DNA of 64,000 bases, taken from the NCBI GenBank assembly GCA_028704635.1, contig JAQWFB010000001.1, positions 5,541 through 69,540 of the forward strand. Direction: 5' to 3'. The position numbers were made by a program, and so were the translations under genes. Below the pieces are notes generated by a model that worked only from the letters and a program-made list of their open reading frames with translations, was not told the origin of the DNA and searched no databases. Origin of the DNA: Candidatus Shapirobacteria bacterium. GTDB taxonomy: Bacteria > Patescibacteriota > Microgenomatia > UBA12405. The first letter of the stretch is position 1. Every line of letters starts with the position of its first letter. Shown here piece after piece: positions 1-7,494 of the stretch.

Positions 1-351
1 ACTAAGCTTGAAAGAACTTCCTCTATTTCGGCCAAAATTGAAAATTATAAAGAAGGTTTTGGTTTATTTTTAAAATCTCCTATTATTGGTCACGGCTACA
101 ATAATCTTTTATATATTCGTCAAATTGAAAATCCTGATTCGCATGCCAATTCAGGATTTGATGGATCGTTAATGACGATTCTAACCACATGTGGCATAGT
201 CGGTCTATTCCTTTTCATTCTAGGGATTAAAAACATATTCATTCACAGTGAATTAACAACAAAAACAATCCTTATTTCCGTTTTAACTCATTCCCTTTTT
301 GCCAATTCCTTTTTATATCCTTGGGTTTTACTCTTCTTTATCTTTATTTAA
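1..351 (+). CDS. O-antigen ligase/polymerase family membrane protein, C-terminal part (5' truncated by window)
   Basis: Frame 1 is open from base 1 to TAA at 349-351: ...LFLKSPIIGHGYNNL...DSHANSGFDGSLMTILTTCGIVGLFLF...HSLFANSFLYPW. The P-x-x-G-x-G and H...GIVG pattern is typical of Wzy_C. Not in the ORF track. Confidence 0.7.
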   Translation, partial: TKLERTSSISAKIENYKEGFGLFLKSPIIGHGYNNLLYIRQIENPDSHANSGFDGSLMTILTTCGIVGLFLFILGIKNIFIHSELTTKTILISVLTHSLFANSFLYPWVLLFFIFI

Positions 352-1064
352 ATATCATAAGTAATCGATATTGTTTTTCTGGTTTCATTCAAAGCTGTGT
401 CTTTAGCCACTATTTCAATATCATTTTTACCAGAATTTAATTGTACTTTTAATTTAAAATTACCATCACTATCAACAATTGCTACTTTACCATTTATCGT
501 CACGTTTACCCCTTTTTCACTTTTTCCAGTAATATCAAAATCAGCCGAATCGACTGTTAATGAATCTTCGCTTGGATTAGACATCGTTAATTCTGGAGGT
601 GCAGTGTCAAAAACAACTGACACTACTTTAGAAACTTCACTACTTCCACCTATTTCTTTAGTTGCCCTTGCTGAAAAACTATTTTCACCTTCACTTAATT
701 CAACATTTTCAAAAGTAAAGTTTCCATCAGTTGTAACATCAGTTTTACCAATTGATTGGTCGTTTTTAAGCAATTCCACGACCGACCCAGTCTCAGCAAA
801 ACCATCAATTTTAATTCGACTACTACTAGTTGCCTCAAAAGGAACTATTAATCGTGGAGCCAATGGGGGAACAACATTTTCACTTGTAGTGTCTTTTTGG
901 CTTTTAGTATTACCTAAAAGAATTGAAAATTTGATCAATAGAGGCAATCCAAAAACAATAATTAATACGAAAACAATAACTGTTAAAAAACCCATAAACA
1001 CGGTCTTTTTTGTTATCTGCTCATCTTTTTTTCTTTCTAGTCTCGATCTTTTAAATTCTGGCAT
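348..1064 (-). CDS. Membrane-anchored protein with two bacterial Ig-like domains
   Basis: N-terminal TM helix then two beta-rich repeats (IDGFAETGSVV...GNFTF..V.LSEGEN; ITGKSEKGVNV...GNFKL.V.LNSGKN). Confidence 0.75.
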   Translation of the reverse strand: MPEFKRSRLERKKDEQITKKTVFMGFLTVIVFVLIIVFGLPLLIKFSILLGNTKSQKDTTSENVVPPLAPRLIVPFEATSSSRIKIDGFAETGSVVELLKNDQSIGKTDVTTDGNFTFENVELSEGENSFSARATKEIGGSSEVSKVVSVVFDTAPPELTMSNPSEDSLTVDSADFDITGKSEKGVNVTINGKVAIVDSDGNFKLKVQLNSGKNDIEIVAKDTALNETRKTISITYDI

Positions 1065-1095
1065 ATGTTTCTATATTATACATTATTAACATAAT

Positions 1096-1132
1096 CCCTC
1101 CTTTTTCAAGGGAGGGAAATCCCGATTTACCG
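1096..1132. repeat. REP-like palindromic intergenic element
   Basis: (t)ccctcctttttcaagggaggga hairpin followed by tcccgattt; resembles the element at 43903-43968. Confidence 0.4.
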
Positions 1133-1198
1133 AAATAAAAACAATCTTTTTAATTTAGTTTTTTCTATATTTTCAATTTAAAAAGTTTTTGTTTCTAG

Positions 1199-1271
1199 AG
1201 CCGAAGGGGAGAGTCGAACTCCCGACCCCAGCTTTACGAAAGCTATGCTCTACCAACTGAGCTACTTCGGC
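1199..1271 (-). tRNA. tRNA-Thr(CGT)
   Basis: Reverse complement GCCGAAGTAGCTCAGTTGGTAGAGCATAGCTTTCGTAAAGCTGGGGTCGGGAGTTCGACTCTCCCCTTCGGC folds as a cloverleaf, anticodon CGT. Confidence 0.95.
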
Positions 1272-1276
1272 ATCAG

Positions 1277-1347
1277 AGCGGCTAGAGGGAATCGAACTCT
1301 CGACCTATCCTTGGGAAGGATATGTTTTACCACTAAACTATAGCCGC
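1277..1347 (-). tRNA. tRNA-Gly(CCC)
   Basis: Reverse complement GCGGCTATAGTTTAGTGGTAAAACATATCCTTCCCAAGGATAGGTCGAGAGTTCGATTCCCTCTAGCCGC, anticodon CCC. Confidence 0.95.
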
Positions 1348-1367
1348 ACCAAAATATTTTACCACGC

Positions 1368-1952
1368 CTATAGTTTTGGAATTTTAATTGTCATTCCAAT
1401 TTCTAATAAACCAGCATGTGGAATTATTGCCTTATTTTCCTTCCAAATATTTACCCATTTATATCCATCTCCATAAGCATTAACTGCAATTTTCCATAAA
1501 TTATCGTTTCTAACTACTTTATAATCAGTTCCTTGTTCAATAGTAGTATTTGTAGTAGTAGCGGCAGTAATAGTATTAGTTTTTTCTACTACAGCCGTTT
1601 TCTCTATCACTGGCATTTTTAATTTTTGACCAGCATAAAGAATTGACGCATTTTTAAGATTATTTGCCTTCGCAATTTTTGACCAGGCATAACCATCGTT
1701 ATATTTCTTTTCTGCAATTTTCCACAAATTATCACCTTTAACTACAGTATAAGAATTTTCATCCTCTTGTTTTTGTTTAATTGCTTCTTCCGATAAAGTA
1801 ATATCACTGGCTCCGGGAATTTCCACTGTTCCTTTCTTTCTCTGAATAAAATTAAAAATCAAAGACACTACTACCACCATAATTGCCAATCCCAATAACA
1901 TACTCACTAATTCTTCTGAAGATTTAAAATATTTTTTACCTGCTTTAAACAT
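1368..1952 (-). CDS. Membrane-anchored protein with two LysM peptidoglycan-binding domains
   Basis: YTVVKGDNLWKIA and YKVVRNDNLWKIA motifs after a TM helix; start placed at MFKAGKK. Confidence 0.9.
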   Translation of the reverse strand: MFKAGKKYFKSSEELVSMLLGLAIMVVVVSLIFNFIQRKKGTVEIPGASDITLSEEAIKQKQEDENSYTVVKGDNLWKIAEKKYNDGYAWSKIAKANNLKNASILYAGQKLKMPVIEKTAVVEKTNTITAATTTNTTIEQGTDYKVVRNDNLWKIAVNAYGDGYKWVNIWKENKAIIPHAGLLEIGMTIKIPKL

Positions 1953-2036
1953 ATTTTTTATTATAAACAGCAACTAATAATTTTTGCTGAACTTATAATA
2001 ATGTACAAAACAATTTTAAAATAGTCAATGTAGCTA

Positions 2037-2339
2037 TTATTTTCTTGTTCTAATTTCTATTTCAGAAAAAATATTTTCACCTAAGTTACCAACAAATTTA
2101 CCTATATTCCTAGTAAAGAATTTAAGTGGTTCTATATTCAACCTATAAATTCTTCGTTTTCCCAAAATACGACTTTCTACTAACTTTGCCTTTCTTAAAA
2201 TCGATAAATGATTAGACAAGGTTGCTTGAGTTATTTCAAAATTTTTCAACAATTCATTCACAGACATTTCTCCATTTCTCAATAGAGTTAAAATTTTTCT
2301 TCTATTAACATCGGCCATCGCCTTAAATATTTTGTCCAT
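2037..2339 (-). CDS. ArsR/SmtB family transcriptional regulator
   Basis: IFKAMADVNRRKIL...SVNEL...TQATLSNHLSILRKAKLV wHTH. Confidence 0.9.
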   Translation of the reverse strand: MDKIFKAMADVNRRKILTLLRNGEMSVNELLKNFEITQATLSNHLSILRKAKLVESRILGKRRIYRLNIEPLKFFTRNIGKFVGNLGENIFSEIEIRTRK

Positions 2340-2425
2340 GCTCGTATTATATCGACAAATATCAATATATTCAAAACAATAATATCGACTTGATTATTAA
2401 AAACCTTTCAGAGAAAATAAACCAT

Positions 2426-3037
2426 ATGAAAAATTTTGATAATAAACAAGAGCAAACTTTAGTTATTGTCAAACCAGATGGCGTCCAAAGAGGATTAATT
2501 GGAGAAGTGATTAAAAGATACGAAACTTGCGGTCTTAAATTAGTTGCCTTAAAAATGTTGATTCCTACCAAAGAATTAGCTCTCAAACATTATTCTACTG
2601 ACCCAGATTGGGCCTTTAAAAGCGGCACCAAGGCTTTCGAATCCTACAAATCTAAAGGCTTAACACCTCCGGGAAACGATCCAATTGAGTTTGCTGAAAC
2701 TATCAGAAAAAAAGTGGCAAATTTTATGAGCAGTGGCCCAGTTGTAGCTATGGTATGGCAAGGCATGGGAGCTGTCGCTGTTGTGAGGAAGATTACTGGC
2801 TCAACCGAACCATTAACTTCAGCTCCTGGCACCATCCGTGGCGATTACACTATTGATTCTTATTCAGCATCAGATTTAGACGATCGTGCCGTCAGAAATA
2901 TTATTCATTCATCCGGGTCCGTTGATGAAGCTTTAAAAGAAATTCCGATTTGGTTCGATGAAAAAGAGATACTAAAATTCCGACTCATTTCAGAAGAAAT
3001 TATTTATGACGTTAACCTCGACGGCATTTTGGAGTAA
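2426..3037 (+). CDS. ndk: Nucleoside diphosphate kinase
   Basis: TLVIVKPDGVQRGLIGE, SGPVVAMVW, PGTIRGD, RNIIHSS catalytic His. Confidence 0.95.
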   Translation: MKNFDNKQEQTLVIVKPDGVQRGLIGEVIKRYETCGLKLVALKMLIPTKELALKHYSTDPDWAFKSGTKAFESYKSKGLTPPGNDPIEFAETIRKKVANFMSSGPVVAMVWQGMGAVAVVRKITGSTEPLTSAPGTIRGDYTIDSYSASDLDDRAVRNIIHSSGSVDEALKEIPIWFDEKEILKFRLISEEIIYDVNLDGILE

Positions 3038-3142
3038 ACCAAGTCTAAGTATCTAAGCCTAATTTCTGCTATAATAACAAGTATATTTATTCGACCTCCG
3101 GAATAATTCGCTTTTATTTTTTAACTATATTCGCTTAATCTT

Positions 3143-3655
3143 ATGACAGAAATTAAAAACACTTTTTCAGTTGGTGATTACATTATTGATTTTGAAAATA
3201 TTTATCAAATTACTAGTCAAAAAGATCAAAAAGATCTTTCCGGCAAAACAATTTCTTATTTCTTTTATGAACCAATTGATGAATCAAATAACAGAACTAC
3301 CTATTCCACTCCAATCGATAATATTTTTAAAAGCGGATTAAGACCTCTAATTAACCAAGACATTGTCAAAAAATTATACAAAGAAGCCGAAGAAAAAATT
3401 GATCACGATGCTCTTCTAGATTACAAATCAGTTAAAGAAACTTTATATCAAAACGACCCAGGAAAAGATTTGGTCATTTTAAAACAATTATTTTTAGAAA
3501 GAGAAAAAACGCAAGAAAAATTTTCAAGAACCAATAAAGAAATTTTGGAATCAATTTTAAAACATATTTCCAGCGAAATTGCTTTTGTCACCAAAAAACA
3601 AATTGAAACTGTCCAAGAAAAACTCACTTCTCTAATCAAAAAAGCCATTAAATAA
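3143..3655 (+). CDS. CarD-like/TRCF-domain transcription factor
   Basis: FSVGDYII N-terminus, P...GLRPLI, C-terminal helical SSEIAFV resembling CarD; divergent. Confidence 0.6.
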   Translation: MTEIKNTFSVGDYIIDFENIYQITSQKDQKDLSGKTISYFFYEPIDESNNRTTYSTPIDNIFKSGLRPLINQDIVKKLYKEAEEKIDHDALLDYKSVKETLYQNDPGKDLVILKQLFLEREKTQEKFSRTNKEILESILKHISSEIAFVTKKQIETVQEKLTSLIKKAIK

Positions 3656-3686
3656 ATAAAACAAGTTATAATATTTTTTATAAAAT

Positions 3687-4052
3687 ATGATTTTTTTTAT
3701 TACATTGATCAGATTTTTTAAAGGAATATTAAAAAGTTTTAAGGATCCGGAGTTTAAAGGTCTACTTTATTCAGTTATAATCATTCTCTTGTCGGGAACT
3801 ATTTTTTATAATCAAATAGAAAAGTGGAATCTTTTAGATTCACTTTTTTTTAGCGTTACCACCCTTACAACAGTAGGCTATGGAAATTTATATCCACATA
3901 CAGCAATAGGTAAAATATTTACAATTATCTACATTTTTATAGGGCTTGGAATATTACTTGGTTTTATAAATGCTATAAGTAAAAATATATTTAGAACAAG
4001 TGATAAAGTTAAACATGTTAGAAGTAAGATCAAAAAATTATTACCCAATTAA
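3687..4052 (+). CDS. Two-TM potassium channel family protein
   Basis: DSLFFSVTTLTTVGYGNLYP selectivity filter (TVGYG). Confidence 0.92.
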   Translation: MIFFITLIRFFKGILKSFKDPEFKGLLYSVIIILLSGTIFYNQIEKWNLLDSLFFSVTTLTTVGYGNLYPHTAIGKIFTIIYIFIGLGILLGFINAISKNIFRTSDKVKHVRSKIKKLLPN

Positions 4053-5074
4053 AATTCAGTATACAATTCCACTTCTCTTTTACTTCCCACCACAATAGGA
4101 CTTCTTTGATGAAGTGAACGCGGCACTAAATCTAATATTCGATTATTACCATCAGTCGCCATACCTCCAGCCTGTTCTGCAATAAAAGCAATTGGTTTTG
4201 ATTCACAACACAATCTGAGCTTTCCTTCAGGTTTTCCAATTTCTCCTGGATAAACAAAAACTCCTCCTTTAAGTAAATTACGGTGAAAATCAGCCACCAA
4301 CGACCCTATATATCTAGCGCTACACGGATCTTCATCTCTTGTTTTTAAATAATCAATGTAATTTTTAACATTTGGATTCCACTTACTACTATTACCTTCG
4401 TTAATACTATAAATTTTTCCTTTTTCAGGAATTTGAATTCGAGAATAACTTTCTGGTAACACAAATTCGCCTACACTAGGGTCTAAAGTAAAACCATAAA
4501 CTCCATTTCCAGCTGTATAAACCAACATAGTACTAGTTCCATATAAAAAATATCCAGCACATACTTGATTACATCCTGACTGAAGAAAATCTTTTTCATT
4601 AACTAAATCTTTTACATCAGAAATTCTCTTATAAATCGCAAAAATCGAACCTATCGAAACATTAGTATCAAAATTAGAAGATCCATCTAAAGGATCAAAC
4701 CAAACTATATATTTTTCCTTTTCACTTGGAGAAAAAGCTACAAAACTTTCTTCTTCTTCGGAAGCAAATCCTGCCACATATGGATTCGAGCGAAGAACCT
4801 CTTTAAACTGCTCATTAGCTCTTTCGTCTAATTTTAAAACCGTTTCTCCTTGGACATTAACTTCTCCGGTTGTACCATGAATATCTTTTATTCCCGCGGT
4901 GTTTACTAAATAAGAAATTGATTTCGCCACCCGTGATAAGTCAGTTAATATCGATGTTAATGCCCCAGTAGCCTCAGGGTGTAAAGCTTGTTCTCTACGA
5001 AAATGTTCCTGAATATTCACTGGAAGAGAATTTTTATTTCTTTCTCGACTATTTTCTGCTTGTTCAATAGACAT
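4049..5074 (-). CDS. fbp: Fructose-1,6-bisphosphatase class 1
   Basis: NVQGE...KLD, SEEE, FDPLDGSSN, YSINEGN, RYIGSLVADFHRNLLKGG, GKLRL. Confidence 0.95.
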   Translation of the reverse strand: MSIEQAENSRERNKNSLPVNIQEHFRREQALHPEATGALTSILTDLSRVAKSISYLVNTAGIKDIHGTTGEVNVQGETVLKLDERANEQFKEVLRSNPYVAGFASEEEESFVAFSPSEKEKYIVWFDPLDGSSNFDTNVSIGSIFAIYKRISDVKDLVNEKDFLQSGCNQVCAGYFLYGTSTMLVYTAGNGVYGFTLDPSVGEFVLPESYSRIQIPEKGKIYSINEGNSSKWNPNVKNYIDYLKTRDEDPCSARYIGSLVADFHRNLLKGGVFVYPGEIGKPEGKLRLCCESKPIAFIAEQAGGMATDGNNRILDLVPRSLHQRSPIVVGSKREVELYTEF

Positions 5075-5134
5075 CAATGGATAAGATACACCTATAGGCC
5101 AATCACGTCAACATTTTCACATTCCAAATCACTA

Positions 5135-5161
5135 AAAAATCCCCTAAAGTAGGGGATTTTT
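5135..5161. terminator. Perfect hairpin, bidirectional terminator-like, at the left island boundary
   Basis: AAAAATCCCCT-aaagt-AGGGGATTTTT; near-identical copy at 7126-7152. Confidence 0.75.
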
Positions 5162-5165
5162 ATAC

Positions 5166-5201
5166 TGACGGACAGTGTGGTCCGAACTTGGAACTTATTT
5201 A
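5166..5201 (+). repeat. Left-most attachment-site junction (attL of element E0)
   Basis: tgacggacag + TGTGGTCCGAACTTGGAACTTATTTA; the 26 bp at 5176-5201 are identical to 23626-23651. Confidence 0.8.
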
Positions 5202-5287
5202 AATAAAATTGATAATACAAAGCCGACTTATGGCAAATCGAAAAATAAAGCAATATAATAAACTATTATTACCCAACAAAAAAACTG

Positions 5288-5809
5288 ATGGAAAATACAA
5301 TCGAACTATTACCAAAAAACTTTAATATTTCAAAAGATGAAACTGTTTTAATTTGTTTAAAAGGAACAAACAAAGAATGGTTAATTTGTACAGATAAAAA
5401 ACTCTATATTTTAAAAAGAGGATTTATGACTGGCCACCTCGCTGGAGACAGTAATTTTCAAATGCCATACAAAAATATAACTGGAGCACATACTGATTAT
5501 CATTTATTGACTGGATATTTTGAAGTAAGTACTGGTGGTATGCAAAATGTGCAAAAAAACTATTGGGCACAGGGACAAAACAGCCCACAGCAATCACCAA
5601 ATTGTGTCACAATCGCAGGAAAACCTATGCTAGAAAAATTTCGTGACGCTTGCCATTTTATTAATCAAAAGATTACAGAATTCGCCACTTCCAACAATAC
5701 ACCGACAAGTGTTGCGGATGAAATAAAAAAATATAAATCATTACTTGATGATGGTGTAATTACTCAAGAAGAATTCTCAGCCAAAAAAAAACAACTTTTA
5801 GGAATTTAA
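5288..5809 (+). CDS. PH-like domain + C-terminal SHOCT domain protein
   Basis: C-terminal SVADEIKKYKSLLDDGVITQEEFSAKKKQLLGI is a typical SHOCT; N-terminal LICTDKKLYILK bPH-like strands. Confidence 0.85.
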   Translation: MENTIELLPKNFNISKDETVLICLKGTNKEWLICTDKKLYILKRGFMTGHLAGDSNFQMPYKNITGAHTDYHLLTGYFEVSTGGMQNVQKNYWAQGQNSPQQSPNCVTIAGKPMLEKFRDACHFINQKITEFATSNNTPTSVADEIKKYKSLLDDGVITQEEFSAKKKQLLGI

Positions 5810-5833
5810 TTAAAATATATTTTAAAAATTATT

Positions 5834-6454
5834 TTACATTTCTTTAACTAAATTAAATTGATTTGAATTTTCACGCTTCTTTACAGCATTGTCTATATAC
5901 TTTTTGTAATTGTAATTTTTAATAAATTCATCAAAAGAAACAAGAGAAATGTAAGAATCTTTTAACTCATCATATACATTAGTGCATTGATGTAATTTAT
6001 ACGAATCTTTAATATTCATCATATTCTTTCTTACTAAATTTTCAAAATTTTTAATCGCTGTTAAAGGACAATTTTTAGAACATCGACAACAATTAAAAAT
6101 TCCCATTAAATAAGATTCTGCTTCTTTTGTATATAAAGCAACAACCCCATTTGTTCTATTATTTTCTCTATCCTCTAAGGAATATCGCAACTCATCATAT
6201 AACCAATCATCAATTTGATTATTACCATTTCTATCATAATTAATTGCATTTGGTGTAAGAATACAAATTGTTACAGATGTCTCTTTTAATTTACCGTAAA
6301 GGTATTCTTTAATAGTTTTTTCGGTTTGATTAGATCTATCTTCGTTTTCAGAATAGTTATTTATTGCAACAGTATCATCAAATAAATCATCCAATTCTTT
6401 CTTGTAATTGTTTCCATCACTAAATCTAAAAGATATAAACACATTTGTTGCCAT
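5834..6454 (-). CDS. TIR-like domain protein (ThsB/DUF1863-like)
   Basis: VFISFRFSD, KLKETSVTICIL, WLYDELRYSL with the catalytic Glu. Confidence 0.8.
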   Translation of the reverse strand: MATNVFISFRFSDGNNYKKELDDLFDDTVAINNYSENEDRSNQTEKTIKEYLYGKLKETSVTICILTPNAINYDRNGNNQIDDWLYDELRYSLEDRENNRTNGVVALYTKEAESYLMGIFNCCRCSKNCPLTAIKNFENLVRKNMMNIKDSYKLHQCTNVYDELKDSYISLVSFDEFIKNYNYKKYIDNAVKKRENSNQFNLVKEM

Positions 6455-6954
6455 TAGTATTGTTTAAATAAATAATAAAAATTTTCATTTCTAAAAGTAT
6501 TCTCTTTTTGGTTAATAAAAGTGTCATTTTTCCAGTAAATATCAATTTTATTAATATTTGAATAAAAAAATCCAAACAAAATTAATATTAATAACGGAAT
6601 ATAAAAAATATTCAATGTCTTCGAAAACATTGAATTAAGCCAACTATTTTTATTTTTTCTATAGTGTTCTGCTTTTAATGAGTAGTCAATTTTTTTGTCA
6701 TCTTTAATCAATCTAACCTCATCATAAAGTGCACGATAACATCTTTCTGTCGATAAAAAATAACCATCTAAAATCCAAAAAATTAAAATTATACAGATGG
6801 AGAATATAAAACAAAGATCATTTGAATCTTTAAACATGAAAGTAAATAACCCAACAATCAAAGTTATGGTCCACCCTTTTAACATAAAAAGATTATTACC
6901 CATACGAGTTACAATCGCCTGAATAAATTCCAAATGTTTTTGTTTATTAGTCAT
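6454..6954 (-). CDS. Multi-TM membrane protein translationally coupled to the TIR gene
   Basis: KHLEFIQAIVTRMGNNLFMLKGW, FWILDGYFLSTERCYRALYD, about 3 TM helices; stop/start overlap TAATG with the TIR gene. Confidence 0.75.
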   Translation of the reverse strand: MTNKQKHLEFIQAIVTRMGNNLFMLKGWTITLIVGLFTFMFKDSNDLCFIFSICIILIFWILDGYFLSTERCYRALYDEVRLIKDDKKIDYSLKAEHYRKNKNSWLNSMFSKTLNIFYIPLLILILFGFFYSNINKIDIYWKNDTFINQKENTFRNENFYYLFKQY

Positions 6955-7076
6955 ATAATTAACAGACACCATACTTAATATTTCAAAGAGATTCTATCTA
7001 CTACCTATATAGTCAGTCAATATTGCAAAATATATCAAAATTTCATTTTGCAATTATTCCGCGGAGTAAAGTGTTA

Positions 7077-7111
7077 TTTTTCTCACCCCAACCTTAAAAG
7101 TTGCACTCATG
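7077..7111 (+). repeat. Truncated copy (left arm) of the E2 origin hairpin
   Basis: tttttctcacccc(a/g)accttaaaagttgcactcatg, 34/35 identical to 26622-26656. Confidence 0.85.
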
Positions 7112-7125
7112 GATTATAAATCAAA

Positions 7126-7152
7126 AAAAATCCCCTAAAGCAGGGGATTTTT
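7126..7152. terminator. Hairpin, copy 2
   Basis: AAAAATCCCCT-aaagc-AGGGGATTTTT, one mismatch to 5135-5161. Confidence 0.75.
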
Positions 7153-7159
7153 GTATAAA

Positions 7160-7229
7160 GCGGGCCCTAGTGAACTATGTCAGCAACTACTATCAACATA
7201 ATCCAGGCTATAATTGCCTACTAGGATAG
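7160..7229 (+). repeat. E0/E1 junction: att core plus orphan recombinase C-terminal tail
   Basis: GCGGGCCC is identical to the tRNA-Asp 3' end (29722-29729); the downstream frame reads RALVNYVSNYYQHNPGYNCLLG*. Confidence 0.65.
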
Positions 7230-7494
7230 CTTTTCATGAAACATCAGGCCCCTTCCCTTTCTTATACGATTCCTATCTAAAAAACCATATTTTAATTGTG
7301 TTTTTTTACTATCCCTTACTAAGGATCCAAATCTTGCAAGTAATCTTTATTTTCCTTATAGATAAACACGACCACTTATTACTAAGTCGATTAGATAGCT
7401 TTGAGGGGGTGTGGGGAGAGTGTAGTTAGATTTTAAGGAAGTGATATTTTCAAAAAACCAAAAATTTTAAAACATGTGAATAAATTATAGTCAA

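Larger units (their letters stand above)
5166..7167. mobile_element. E0: ~2 kb non-autonomous integrative cassette (no recombinase, no Rep)
   Basis: Bounded by att-like junctions at 5166-5201 and 7160-7167; carries a 35 bp copy of the E2 origin arm; cargo is SHOCT, TIR and TM genes. Confidence 0.6.

Noticed and set aside
397-1089. 230-aa plus-strand ORF
   Set aside because: Antisense shadow of the Ig-domain gene; S/T/L/F-rich with no motifs.
7214-7429. 71-aa ORF at the E1 left end
   Set aside because: TTG start, no RBS or recognisable motif; more likely non-coding element end.
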